Below are positions 15,249 through 24,403 of a DNA stretch of 32,000 nt, piece by piece. Position numbers and translations under genes: made by a program. Under the pieces are notes generated by a model that saw nothing but the letters and a program-made list of their open reading frames with translations, was not told the DNA's origin and did no database searches. Positions within the stretch are counted from its first letter, which is position 1. The number at the start of each line of letters is the position of its first letter. The DNA is taken from NCBI GenBank assembly GCA_964390065.1, contig CAYMGX010000026.1, forward strand, positions 4,453-36,452, written 5' to 3'. The DNA comes from an uncultured Fibrobacter sp. Lineage in GTDB: Bacteria; Fibrobacterota; Chitinivibrionia; Chitinivibrionales; Chitinispirillaceae.

Positions 15249-16469
15249 ATGAACAAACCCAGTCAGGCTAAAATTAAAATCATTGAGGGTGGTGTCACCA
15301 GCGCTTGTGGTTTTATTGCCGGTGGAGTAAAAGCAGGTATTAAAGTTACAAAAAAAACTGACCTGGCCTTTCTGTACAGCGATAAACCCTGTGCCGCAGC
15401 AGGTGCTTTCACAACGAATGCAATTCGTGCGTCCAGTGTTGACTGGTGCGAAAGCCACCTTCCGTCCAAAACAATTCAGGCAATTCTTGTCAACAGTGGC
15501 TGTGCCAATGCATGCACTGGCGATCAGGGTGTCAAAGATTCATCAATGATGGCGCTTCTGGCAAGTAAAACAGTCGAAATAGATCACAATAGTGTTCTCA
15601 TTGCATCCACAGGAGTAATAGGAAAAGCGCTGCCTCTTGACAAAATTGAAAAAGCCCTTCCTAAACTCAAAAAGGGACTTAGTGCTGATGGCGGAACGGC
15701 ATTTGCGACTGCTATCATGACAACAGATCTTGTAAGAAAAGAATCTGCTGTAAAAGTTTCTTCCGGTAAAACATCTTACACTATCGGAGGGTGCTGCAAA
15801 GGAAGCGGGATGATTCATCCGAACATGGCAACGATGCTCGCATTTGTTACAACCGATGCTGCCATAACACCACCGAATCTTGACAAAATCGTTAAACGTA
15901 CCGTTAACAGAACATTCAATAACCTCACCGTTGATGGTGATACATCAACAAATGATATGATCCATGTTCTTGCAAATGGCATGTCCGGAGTAATGATTAC
16001 CACCGCAGCTGATCTTGCAGTTTTTGAAGAGGCACTTTTTACGGTTTGTAATGACCTGTGCAAAAAAATTGCTGCCGATGGTGAAGGGGCAACGAAACGG
16101 GTAGAGATAAATGTTTGTGGTGCAGCAACAGAAGATGATGCACGGAAAGCTGCCAAATCTGTCGCAAATTCAAATCTTACAAAATGTGCTCTTTTTGGAA
16201 ATGATCCAAACTGGGGGCGTATTGCCTGTGCAGTCGGTTACAGCGGAGCAAAATTTTCGAAAGAAAAAATGAATATCAACCTGTGTGGTGTTCCTGTTTT
16301 TCATAATCTTCAGCCGGTTGCTTTCGATGCGATAAAACTGCATAAACTTATGAAAGAAAAGGTTGTTAGCATTGATATTGACCTCGGTGTCGGGAAAGCA
16401 AAAGCGATTGCACATACCTGTGATTTCAGTTACGATTATGTTAAGATTAACGCAGATTATCATACCTGA
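15249..16469 (+). CDS. argJ: Bifunctional ornithine acetyltransferase / N-acetylglutamate synthase
   Basis: 406 aa with the ArgJ autoprocessing site context HPNMATMLAFVTTDA and C-terminal INADYHT. AAGGA lies upstream of the ATG. Confidence 0.95.
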   Translation: MNKPSQAKIKIIEGGVTSACGFIAGGVKAGIKVTKKTDLAFLYSDKPCAAAGAFTTNAIRASSVDWCESHLPSKTIQAILVNSGCANACTGDQGVKDSSMMALLASKTVEIDHNSVLIASTGVIGKALPLDKIEKALPKLKKGLSADGGTAFATAIMTTDLVRKESAVKVSSGKTSYTIGGCCKGSGMIHPNMATMLAFVTTDAAITPPNLDKIVKRTVNRTFNNLTVDGDTSTNDMIHVLANGMSGVMITTAADLAVFEEALFTVCNDLCKKIAADGEGATKRVEINVCGAATEDDARKAAKSVANSNLTKCALFGNDPNWGRIACAVGYSGAKFSKEKMNINLCGVPVFHNLQPVAFDAIKLHKLMKEKVVSIDIDLGVGKAKAIAHTCDFSYDYVKINADYHT

Positions 16470-16482
16470 TACTACTGGATAT

Positions 16483-16505
16483 GGTTTGCGGTTTATCCGC
16501 AAACC
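16483..16505 (+). terminator. Hairpin 14 nt downstream of the argJ stop
   Basis: GGTTTGCGG (16483-16491) / CCGCAAACC (16497-16505), a perfect 9-bp stem with loop TTTAT. No U-tract follows, so it is not a canonical intrinsic terminator. Confidence 0.35.
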
Positions 16506-16838
16506 GGCCTTGCATATCCTGCAACTATGCATCCCGATACTCCTGCAGTACCCTGTTTTTCTTGATCCTTCCCGACATTTGTTTTTATAGGAAATCTGTT
16601 TTTCGAAATGTCTGGTTCGGTCTTTTAAAAATAAATACCATCTGTTTTTAGCCTGCGAAACTGCCGGAAAGAAAATATCACTGCAAATTTTACACCATGT
16701 ACAAGAGCCGGTTTGTAACCGCCAAAAGTTGTTGCGGATTGCTATTGCCATCAATAAAACATTCTGATATAATTAAACAGCTGTAGACTGCAAAAAATGT
16801 AATAGTTTTTACTGACACAGTTTTTATTCATTTAAAAA

Positions 16839-16903
16839 CTGTAAGACTGTGGGCATTGTCTGTAAGGTAAACACAACTAAACAGACGATGTCCCACGTTA
16901 CAG
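16839..16903 (+). promoter_or_regulatory. Long 5'-leader hairpin just upstream of the RBS of the sensor/chemoreceptor operon
   Basis: Outer stem CTGTAA (16839-16844) / TTACAG (16898-16903). Inner stem 16849-16863 / 16881-16896 has 15 bp, one bulged T and one G-U pair. The loop is 17 nt. The structure ends 13 nt before GGGAG (16919-16923) and 25 nt before ATG 16929. The G-U pair would be an A-C mismatch on the other strand, which favours a plus-strand RNA. Confidence 0.35.
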
Positions 16904-16928
16904 TACAAAAATTTTCCAGGGAGTTCAT

Positions 16929-17489
16929 ATGTACAACTTTAGTAAAGTATCTGTTCTGTTACCAGTTATGCTGTCATTTTTTTGTCTGACTACGTATGCA
17001 GAAATACCTTCAAATGTTAAAGCAGGTATCGCAAAGTATTCTCCGGAGCTCGTTAAATTTGCCTCTAATGCAACAATTGTATCTGAAGTAAATAAGGCGA
17101 ATATATCACAACCAGCAGAGCTTTCATCCATAACAAATGAGACGTGGAAAAACATGTCAATACTTTCTCCTGAAGCAAAATTAATTACCAAAGGAGAATT
17201 GTCCCAATTTCTTGTTAAAAATAAACCGGCGTTTGTATCAGAAATCTTTGTTTCTGCAAAAAATGGTACAAAAGTAGGTTTTATAACTAAACCCACAAGC
17301 TGGTCGCATCTGGGATCGTCAAAACACGATAAACCGATGCAGGGAAAAGACTGGACAGGGGAAGTCGAGCTTGACGAATCTACGGGTATCACTCAGATTC
17401 AGGTAGCTTTTCCGGTTCTTGATGAGAACAGGAAACCTATCGGTTCCATAGTATTTGGTCTTGATGTATCAAAAATTACTGCAAAATAA
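16929..17489 (+). CDS. Secreted 186-aa protein, PDC/Cache-like sensor fold suspected
   Basis: Signal peptide MYNFSKVSVLLPVMLSFFCLTTYA and good SD (GGGAG). The C-terminal pattern VSEIFVSAKNGTKVGFITKPT ... TGITQIQVAFPVLDENRKPIGSIVFGLDV resembles the beta-sheet core of PDC/Cache extracytoplasmic sensor domains. This is recognition by eye only. Confidence 0.5.
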   Translation: MYNFSKVSVLLPVMLSFFCLTTYAEIPSNVKAGIAKYSPELVKFASNATIVSEVNKANISQPAELSSITNETWKNMSILSPEAKLITKGELSQFLVKNKPAFVSEIFVSAKNGTKVGFITKPTSWSHLGSSKHDKPMQGKDWTGEVELDESTGITQIQVAFPVLDENRKPIGSIVFGLDVSKITAK

Positions 17490-17525
17490 CACTTTTTAAT
17501 TAACAATAACGGTAAGGAATCTATA

Positions 17526-19160
17526 ATGCCGGGCATACAAAAAATATCATCAAAAATGTACATCATGCTGAGCATAACAATTGCTACAACACTGCTGATA
17601 ATCGGTGGTTTCACATATCTTACAGGTATAATGTCCAAAGGTTTTACAAGCAGCATCAATCAGCAGACGGAAAAAAACAATGAGATCTTTGCCGTTATTA
17701 ACAGTGCCCTTGAAATACAGGCATTAACGCAGAAAATCCTCCGTTCGCGCCAGATAGATTCATTGGAACTTTTTACCAATTCTTTTTCCGATTTGACAAA
17801 TGGCAGTAAAAACACATTCCGGAACGGTTCAGAGTTATTTGTAAACTCCTACAACAATCTCATTTCCATTGACAGCATTATCATTCAGAAAATTCTTATT
17901 GGAGCAAATGCAGAGGCAAACTATCAGTATATTCAGGAATCGACGCTTGCTTTTGAATCAGTTTTTAATAATGCGGAAAAGTTCAAAAATGAAATGCAGC
18001 AGAAGATCAACGCATCACTTGAAACATCAGAAAAATATATCGCACGGGTTCAGACCGGGGTTTTAGTATTTGTGTTGCTATGTACCGGCCTTTTGATTTT
18101 AGCCAATCTCCGGTTAAAATCGATAATAGTAAATCCAATCAAATCACTTTCTTCACGATTAAAGGATCTCGTTAACGGTGAAGGTGATTTACGACAGAGA
18201 ATTGATGTATCAGGCAGCGATGAGATTGCTGATATGGCGAATTTATTTAATGAGTTTATAGCGCAACAGCAGCGTATTATTCAGGATGTAAGCGCTGTCT
18301 CAGGTGAAGTAGTGAGCAGTTCAACATCAATACGCAAAAACATTGAGATTCTGGCTGACAATTCTGAGAACAGTGCAGTCCAGTCGCAAACTGTTGCATC
18401 TGCGACCGAGCAGGCATCAACAAATGTATCAAACATCTCTGCATCAGCAGAAGAGATGTCATCAACAGTAAGTACCATTGCTACAGCAATTGAGGAAATG
18501 AGTATTTCATTGAATGAAGTAGCAAAAAATTGTCAGAAAGAATCTCAGGTTGCACGTTCTGCAAACGACCAGGCAAAGCGTACACACGTCGAAGTATCAC
18601 ACTTACAGGCAGTTTCTGTCGAGATCAGCAAAATTATCGAGTTGATAAATGATATCGCAGATCAGACCAATTTGCTCGCACTAAACGCAACAATTGAGGC
18701 TGCCAGTGCCGGAGAGGCTGGTAAAGGATTTGCTGTTGTGGCAACAGAGGTCAAGGAGCTCGCAAAACAAACCGCACAGGCAACAGAAAATATCCGCGAA
18801 CAGATAGAGCAAATGCAGACCAGTACTAAAATCGCAGTTGACTCTATTAACTTAATCACTACGGTAATCGAAGAAATTCATTCAATTTCAGAAACTATTG
18901 CAACATCAGTTGAAGAACAAAGTGCAACAATTGGAGAAATATCGAGAAACGTATCGAACTCCTCGCAGGCTGCATCAGATATTGCAAAAAATGTAAATGA
19001 ATCAGCGAAAGGATTAAATGACATTTCCTCAAGTATTCATGATATTAATGAGGTTACATCAAAAACAACAGCCACATTACTGGATCTGAACAAAAAAACC
19101 GAATCGCTTCACAACCTTACAGAAAGACTTGATACGACACTTGCCAGGTTCAAGATTTAG
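17526..19160 (+). CDS. Methyl-accepting chemotaxis protein (two TM helices, helical periplasmic domain, HAMP, MA domain)
   Basis: TM1 [19 protein letters not shown] and TM2 [22 protein letters not shown]-like segment follows TM2. Highly conserved signalling hairpin [40 protein letters not shown]. Confidence 0.9.
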   Translation: MPGIQKISSKMYIMLSITIATTLLIIGGFTYLTGIMSKGFTSSINQQTEKNNEIFAVINSALEIQALTQKILRSRQIDSLELFTNSFSDLTNGSKNTFRNGSELFVNSYNNLISIDSIIIQKILIGANAEANYQYIQESTLAFESVFNNAEKFKNEMQQKINASLETSEKYIARVQTGVLVFVLLCTGLLILANLRLKSIIVNPIKSLSSRLKDLVNGEGDLRQRIDVSGSDEIADMANLFNEFIAQQQRIIQDVSAVSGEVVSSSTSIRKNIEILADNSENSAVQSQTVASATEQASTNVSNISASAEEMSSTVSTIATAIEEMSISLNEVAKNCQKESQVARSANDQAKRTHVEVSHLQAVSVEISKIIELINDIADQTNLLALNATIEAASAGEAGKGFAVVATEVKELAKQTAQATENIREQIEQMQTSTKIAVDSINLITTVIEEIHSISETIATSVEEQSATIGEISRNVSNSSQAASDIAKNVNESAKGLNDISSSIHDINEVTSKTTATLLDLNKKTESLHNLTERLDTTLARFKI

Positions 19161-19908
19161 ATTTTCGCCTGATTTCGGCCGCAATATCCTTCATTATTGA
19201 AATTCCGTCTTCTTTCTGAAGGATATTTCCGGTAACAATGATATCTGCACCTGCGTCAAGTTTTTCTTTTGCAGTTACTGCGTCACGGATTCCCCCTCCG
19301 ACAATTATCGGAATGTCAACCCATTTACGTACCGCTGCGATAAGCTCAGGTGGAACAGACAACTGCGCTCCGCTTCCTGCCTCAAGATACACAAGCCCCA
19401 TTCCCATATATTGCGCCGCCAGTGCATGCGCTGCAGCAAGTTCCGGTTTACTTCTTGGTAACGGCCGGGTATTACTCATGAATTCAACGGAACTTACCGC
19501 ACCGGACTCAATGAGCATATACGCTGTCGGGATTGGTTCCAGTCCGGTCTGTTTAATTATCGGCGCAGCTTTGACATGCTCTCCAATAAGGTTTGATGGA
19601 TTTCGTCCACTGACAAGTGATAAATACAACAATGCATCGGCGTATGCAGATAATTGTGTCGCATCACCAGGAAATATCATCACAGGTATCGTACATGCTT
19701 TTTTCAGAGTCTGTATAAATTGATCAAAATGATTGGAATAGAGCAGCGATCCTCCAACAAGAATCGCATCAGCTCCGCACTTTTGTGACTCTTTCGCAAT
19801 CATGGCTGCATCACGTAAACTAAAGTCATCAGGATCAAGAAGCACCCAGTAAAGTTTTTTACCTTTTGCGACAGTTTTTGTTATCTGCCCAAGCATTGTG
19901 GTACTCAT
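19150..19908 (-). CDS. Geranylgeranylglyceryl / heptaprenylglyceryl phosphate synthase family protein (GGGPS/PcrB)
   Basis: 252 aa TIM-barrel pattern typical of the family: [50 protein letters not shown]. The start overlaps the alaS stop (ATGA at 19905-19908). Confidence 0.85.
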   Translation of the reverse strand: MSTTMLGQITKTVAKGKKLYWVLLDPDDFSLRDAAMIAKESQKCGADAILVGGSLLYSNHFDQFIQTLKKACTIPVMIFPGDATQLSAYADALLYLSLVSGRNPSNLIGEHVKAAPIIKQTGLEPIPTAYMLIESGAVSSVEFMSNTRPLPRSKPELAAAHALAAQYMGMGLVYLEAGSGAQLSVPPELIAAVRKWVDIPIIVGGGIRDAVTAKEKLDAGADIIVTGNILQKEDGISIMKDIAAEIRRKSKS

Positions 19909-22580
19909 TTTAAAGTACCTTCCCTGGTAATAAGAAGTTCGTTTACCGCAGCCAATGCATCAGAAAGCTTTGATACATCTTTACCACCAGCCTGTGCTCG
20001 TAATGGGCTTCCCCCGCCATTACCACCGGCTATCCGGGCAGCAGTTTTAACAAGATCACCACAGTGCACACCGCACTTCTTTACAGACGCATTTCCGGCA
20101 CTCGCAGAGAACAGAACTTTATCATCAACTACAGCACCAAGAACAATTACCACATCGCTGATCTGCTTATTCCTGATTTCATCAGTAACGGCATCAGAAA
20201 GCTGTGCGAACGTATCTTTGTCAACTGTTCCGAGATTTTTGACAACCCATGGCATAACAGCGCTTCTGTTTTTCGCTTCTGTAAGGAAAGTCCCTATCGC
20301 TGATGCTGCCTTTGCAGATGAGAGCTCTTTTACCTGAGCCTCCAGTGCCTTATTGGAATCTGCCAGAGCCTCAACGCGTTCGGTTATCTTGTCTGAAGCG
20401 ACTTTTAATTGTGATGTCAGCGTATCAATTATTTTTTCTTTACTATAAAGAACATTCAGTACACCTTTTCCGGTAACCGCTTCAATACGTCGTATACCTG
20501 CGCTTATTGACGTCTCAACCAGGATATGAAATGCACCAATCTGCCCGGTTGCATCAACATGAGTACCGCCACACAATTCCTTGCTAACCCCACCCATTGA
20601 CACTACGCGAACCTTGTCACCGTACTTTTCACCAAAAAGCGCTGTTGCACCTTCCTTTTTTGCATCATTGACATTCTTGACATCTGTGCAAACCGGTACA
20701 TTCTCCATGATCCACTCATTTACCTGCATTTCAACAGCAGCGATCTCTTCTGATGTCAATCCTTTAAAATGTGTAAAGTCAAAACGGAGCCCTGATGGTT
20801 CCACTTTTGATCCGGACTGCTGAACATGATCCCCAAGCACGTTACGTAATGCAGCCTGTAACAAATGTGTTGCAGAGTGATTACGGCGTGTCGCCATACG
20901 TAAATCGGTGTTGATCTGAGCAGTAAACTCCTGTGAAAACTCCTTTTCGGGGATACTCATTGGAATTAATACTTTATGGATAATCAGATCGTTCCACTTA
21001 ATCGTGTTCAATACGGTACTATCAACTCCTGATACCGCGGTAATTTTACCGGTATCACCGGTCTGCCCGCCGGACTCCGCATAAAATGGTGTTTTGTCAA
21101 GAATGACAAGATACTCCCGAACGCCATCACCTTCATCAACCATTTTGAATTTGCAAATTTTTACTTTTGCACTGCCACTTGTATATCCGAGAAATTCAGT
21201 CCCGCTTGCAGCTTTAATTTCAGTCCATCCGTCAGGCGACAAGCCATCATCACCCTTACGGGCTTCACGTGCACGAACCTTCTGTTCTTCCATATATTTC
21301 GCATACCCGTCTTCGTCAACATTGAAACCTTTTTCAAATGCCATAAGACGGGTAAGATCCATCGGAAATCCATACGTATCGTATAATGTAAAGACATCCG
21401 CACCGGCAAGAGTTCTCGTTCCCCTCGATGATGCCGTTTCTATCATTGTGTTAAACTTTTCAATACCTTGTTCAAGCGTTGCACCGAAACGTTCTTCTTC
21501 AGATTTTATGACTTCTTCAACAAAGCGCCGCCGCTGTGTGATTTCCGGAAAGGCTTCACCCATTTCCGAAATGACAACTTCTACAAGTTTGTAAAGGAAC
21601 GGTTCACGAAAACCCAGCTCACGACCAAAACGGAACGCCCTGCGAAGAAGGCGTCTCAACACATAGCCACGACCCTCATTTGATGGGAATGCGCCATCTG
21701 TAATGGCGAAAACAAGCGATCGTATGTGGTCTGCGATAACCCGGTAAGGAGTGCCTGCCTCACCTTCATTATATTTTTTATTGGACAGTTTCTCAATCTG
21801 TCTGATAATTGACCTGAACAGATCAATATCGTAATTGGATCCTACTCCCTGAATAACCGACACGATGCGCTCAAAACCCATTCCAGTATCAACATGTTTG
21901 GCCGGTAGAGGTTTAAGTGATCCATCTTTTTCACGGTTGTATTGCATAAAGACAAGATTCCAGAGCTCACGATATCTCGCATTTTGTCCATTGACACCTT
22001 CAATCGGATCTGCATAGGTAGCCTTCTGCGTGGACAAATCGCCCATATCATAATGGATTTCGCTGCATGGTCCGCAAGGCCCGGTCTCGCCCATCTCCCA
22101 GAAATTGCTCTTATCTCCAAAACGTATAATTCTATGGTGTTCAATATCAGTCTCGGTCTGCCAGAACTTCTCAGCCTCGTCATCCCCGGTATGTACCGTA
22201 ACAAATAAGCGATCCTTTGGTATATTCCACACCAGAGTCAACAGTTCCCAGGCCCACCTGATCGCTTCCTTTTTGTAATAATCACCAAAAGACCAGTTAC
22301 CAAGCATCTCAAAGAATGTATGATGATAATGATCACGCCCGACTTCTTCAAGATCGTTATGCTTACCGCTTACCCGCATACACTTCTGTGAATTTGCTGC
22401 GCGCTTCAAACCCTTGGGATTATCGCCAAGGAATATTGCCTTGAACTGATTCATACCTGCATTTGTAAAGAGCAGCGTCGGATCATCCTGAGGGACAACC
22501 GGTGAACTGGCAATAAAGTTGTGCGCTCTTTCTTCAAAAAACCTGATAAAGTCGTTACGGATTTCTTTTGATGATTTCAT
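19905..22580 (-). CDS. alaS: Alanine--tRNA ligase
   Basis: 891 aa. N-terminal IRNDFIRFFEERAHNFIASSPVVPQDDPTLLFTNAGMNQFK, HHTFFEMLGNWSFGDYYK, editing-domain HSATHLL and CGGTHV motifs, and a C-terminal DHHA1-like region. Confidence 0.97.
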   Translation of the reverse strand: MKSSKEIRNDFIRFFEERAHNFIASSPVVPQDDPTLLFTNAGMNQFKAIFLGDNPKGLKRAANSQKCMRVSGKHNDLEEVGRDHYHHTFFEMLGNWSFGDYYKKEAIRWAWELLTLVWNIPKDRLFVTVHTGDDEAEKFWQTETDIEHHRIIRFGDKSNFWEMGETGPCGPCSEIHYDMGDLSTQKATYADPIEGVNGQNARYRELWNLVFMQYNREKDGSLKPLPAKHVDTGMGFERIVSVIQGVGSNYDIDLFRSIIRQIEKLSNKKYNEGEAGTPYRVIADHIRSLVFAITDGAFPSNEGRGYVLRRLLRRAFRFGRELGFREPFLYKLVEVVISEMGEAFPEITQRRRFVEEVIKSEEERFGATLEQGIEKFNTMIETASSRGTRTLAGADVFTLYDTYGFPMDLTRLMAFEKGFNVDEDGYAKYMEEQKVRAREARKGDDGLSPDGWTEIKAASGTEFLGYTSGSAKVKICKFKMVDEGDGVREYLVILDKTPFYAESGGQTGDTGKITAVSGVDSTVLNTIKWNDLIIHKVLIPMSIPEKEFSQEFTAQINTDLRMATRRNHSATHLLQAALRNVLGDHVQQSGSKVEPSGLRFDFTHFKGLTSEEIAAVEMQVNEWIMENVPVCTDVKNVNDAKKEGATALFGEKYGDKVRVVSMGGVSKELCGGTHVDATGQIGAFHILVETSISAGIRRIEAVTGKGVLNVLYSKEKIIDTLTSQLKVASDKITERVEALADSNKALEAQVKELSSAKAASAIGTFLTEAKNRSAVMPWVVKNLGTVDKDTFAQLSDAVTDEIRNKQISDVVIVLGAVVDDKVLFSASAGNASVKKCGVHCGDLVKTAARIAGGNGGGSPLRAQAGGKDVSKLSDALAAVNELLITREGTLK

Positions 22581-22740
22581 AATTCTTTATACTATGTTTA
22601 AGTTTACGCAAGAATTGACTGATTCACAGTAAAATGCCATCTAATCAAGCCTTGATGATACTATTTATTTCATTTTCAACTATCATTTCATTATGGATAT
22701 AATTCAATTTAAACTATATACCAAAATGAAGATCGTACTA

Positions 22741-22776
22741 CTGTTTGTCATAACGCATGCGTATTCTGCCAAACAG
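22741..22776 (-). terminator. Hairpin 12 nt downstream of the recA stop
   Basis: CTGTTTG (22741-22747) / CAAACAG (22770-22776), a 7-bp stem enclosing the 10-bp palindrome ACGCATGCGT. The downstream sequence on the minus strand is only moderately U-rich. Confidence 0.3.
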
Positions 22777-22788
22777 TAATGCTATAAT

Positions 22789-23871
22789 TTATTCACCAGC
22801 TTCATTCGGTTCATCAATTTCAGATTCCGATGAAACAGCTCCGGCACGCAGAGCAGCACCCTTTTCCCGGACTTTTTTCTCTATTGCATTAAGTATATCG
22901 CGATTTTCCTTCAGGAAATCACGTGCTTTTTCACGTCCCTGACCGATTCGTTCGCCCTGATAGGAGAACCAGGCGCCGCTTTTATCAACAATTCCCATTT
23001 CGACCCCAAGGTCAAGCACATCGCCCTCAAAAGATATTCCCTTACCGTAAAGTATATCGAACTCAGCCTCACGGAATGGCGGTGCCACTTTGTTCTTGAC
23101 AACTTTCGCACGTGTACGATTACCGGTTACCGTTTCGCCATCTTTAATTGCTGCAGTTCTTCTGATATCAATACGCACTGACGAATAAAACTTTAGTGCA
23201 TTTCCACCAGTTGTTGTTTCAGGATTACCGAACATAACACCGATTTTCATACGAAGCTGATTAATAAAAACCAGACATGTTTTAGATTTTGAAATAACTC
23301 CGGTTAATTTACGCAATGCCTGTGACATAAGGCGAGCCTGAAGCCCCATATGGCTGTCACCCATGTCTCCCTCGATTTCGGCTGCAGGAACAAGTGCAGC
23401 AACACTGTCTACGACGATAATGTCTATAGTTCCGCTTCGTACAAGTGTATCTGCGATCTCCAGTGCCTGCTCACCGGTATCGGGCTGAGATACCAGTAAA
23501 TTATCGATATCAACGCCAAGATTCTTTGCATACGCAGCATCAAACGCGTACTCTGCATCAATTAACACTGCAATTCCACCCTTTTTCTGAGCGTTTGCGA
23601 TCGCATGAAGCGCAAGTGTTGTTTTCCCTGACGATTCAGGGCCATAGATCTCAATTATTCTTCCTTTAGGAAAACCGCCAACTCCAAGCGCCATATCAAG
23701 CGATAATGAACCTGTTGATATTACAGGCACTTCATCTTTCAGACTTGCAGTACCCAACCGCATGATTGAACCTTTTCCGTGTTGCTTTTCAATCTGACTT
23801 ACTGCCTGTTCTAACGCAGCATTGCGGTTTTTAGCGTCCTCCTCAACTACTGCTGCACCTTTTTTTGCCAT
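22789..23871 (-). CDS. recA: Recombinase RecA
   Basis: 360 aa. Walker [52 protein letters not shown], and an acidic C-terminal tail. Confidence 0.97.
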   Translation of the reverse strand: MAKKGAAVVEEDAKNRNAALEQAVSQIEKQHGKGSIMRLGTASLKDEVPVISTGSLSLDMALGVGGFPKGRIIEIYGPESSGKTTLALHAIANAQKKGGIAVLIDAEYAFDAAYAKNLGVDIDNLLVSQPDTGEQALEIADTLVRSGTIDIIVVDSVAALVPAAEIEGDMGDSHMGLQARLMSQALRKLTGVISKSKTCLVFINQLRMKIGVMFGNPETTTGGNALKFYSSVRIDIRRTAAIKDGETVTGNRTRAKVVKNKVAPPFREAEFDILYGKGISFEGDVLDLGVEMGIVDKSGAWFSYQGERIGQGREKARDFLKENRDILNAIEKKVREKGAALRAGAVSSESEIDEPNEAGE

Positions 23872-24357
23872 AATAACATTACTCCTCTTTTTGTGGTGAT
23901 ATATGAATAGCTTTTTCTTTCAATTTTTTTCTCAATGTTTTTGATAAAATACCATCCGGCAAATAGAGTCAGAATTTTTTTTTAACTTATACATTATATA
24001 TCACACAGAAAATCCTGACACTCGGGTGTTTTTATACTAACAATGCTACATCGATCCTGAAAAAGTAATATCAATGTGATTGCTTCGATTCACACTGTTT
24101 CCAGTAACACGGCATAGTATTAATCTTTTAACAGATTGATTTTATAATATGATATATTAGTAAGAAGCGAGTGGGCAATACCAGTAATAGCTCATAAAGC
24201 GACTTGAGACTTCTATTTCAGGTTCTTTTCCTGACCTCTTTTAAAACTCTTTTCATACACTTCCCAATGGTATGTTTTCGTCTCAAGCATAGTCGACACC
24301 CGGTGTTTTTGAATTTCCTGAAAAAACTAACATTGATATCGGGCATCCAGAGGCACA

Positions 24358-24392
24358 TTGACATTACTATACGTAAAGAACAGTAATGTCAA
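24358..24392 (-). terminator. Hairpin 11 nt downstream of the glgB stop
   Basis: Perfect 11-bp inverted repeat TTGACATTACT (24358-24368) / AGTAATGTCAA (24382-24392) with a 13-nt loop. The stem is AU-rich and no clear U-tract follows on the minus strand. Confidence 0.35.
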
Positions 24393-24403
24393 CAAATACC
24401 ATT

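Noticed and set aside
16170-16754. 194-aa minus-strand ORF spanning the argJ 3' end and the downstream spacer. Similar long antisense ORFs lie inside argJ (15815-16156), the GGGPS gene (19238-19723), alaS (21094-21594, 21842-22204), jetC, the rSAM gene and others.
   Set aside because: All lie antisense to, or out of frame within, strongly supported genes. They have Cys/Arg/Ser-rich low-complexity translations, no RBS and no recognisable motifs, so they are shadow ORFs.
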